A stretch of DNA of 64,000 bases, taken from assembly GCA_040954595.2 (NCBI GenBank), contig CM082595.2, forward strand, positions 1,490,635 through 1,554,634. Direction: 5' to 3'. Numbering within the stretch: position 1 is the first letter of the stretch; each line of letters opens with the position of its first letter. The notes beneath the pieces were generated by a model. The model saw only the letters and a list, made by a program, of their open reading frames with translations, searched no databases and was not told where the DNA came from. Position numbers and translations under genes: made by a program. Positions 63,797 through 64,000 of this stretch are shown here, in pieces. The stretch comes from Balanoglossus misakiensis. Taxonomy: Eukaryota; Animalia; Hemichordata.

Positions 63797-64000
63797 GTAC
63801 ATAGTCATTTAGCGTTAATTTTCATTAACACAAATTTAATTTTCTCAATGGTAAACTCATACCATAGTCAGTAGAAAAGAAACTGTCAAAAGCCACAAAC
63901 GCCAGTCACTTCATGTTTCGTTGTGTTGTTGTTTCTATTCTTGAGAAGTCAGTGTGCCCGGATGAGATAAGGTCCTGACAAATCTTTCATTTTCTCTTTC

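Overview
AT-rich eukaryotic (metazoan) genomic DNA with GT-AG spliceosomal introns. Gene content and intron positions suggest a marine invertebrate, plausibly a non-vertebrate deuterostome (inference only). Six protein-coding genes can be reconstructed by hand with frame-consistent splice sites: (1) RERE/Atrophin on the minus strand (BAH-ELM2-SANT part, 9 coding exons over about 23 kb, continuing past position 1); (2) a complete 8-exon SEC62 (-); (3) head-to-head with it, a 15-coding-exon gene (+) of about 1490 aa combining an N-myristoylation motif, RPx[S/T] motifs, seven coiled-coil repeats and a hillarin/KY-type transglutaminase-like domain that lacks the catalytic Cys; (4) an MFSD4-like MFS transporter (-); (5) a GT14 core-2/I-branching GlcNAc transferase (-); (6) an otopetrin proton channel (+, runs off the window end). 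A 93-bp TTAA-flanked piggyBac-type MITE occurs in 5 full copies and 1 half copy; two copies flank the RERE start-codon exon in inverted orientation. There are no rRNA, tRNA, CRISPR or transposase features. Most short ORFs in the supplied track are spurious. The best novelty candidates are the myristoylated coiled-coil pseudo-transglutaminase with cilia-type signatures and the inverted MITE pair around the RERE ATG exon; both are hypotheses.
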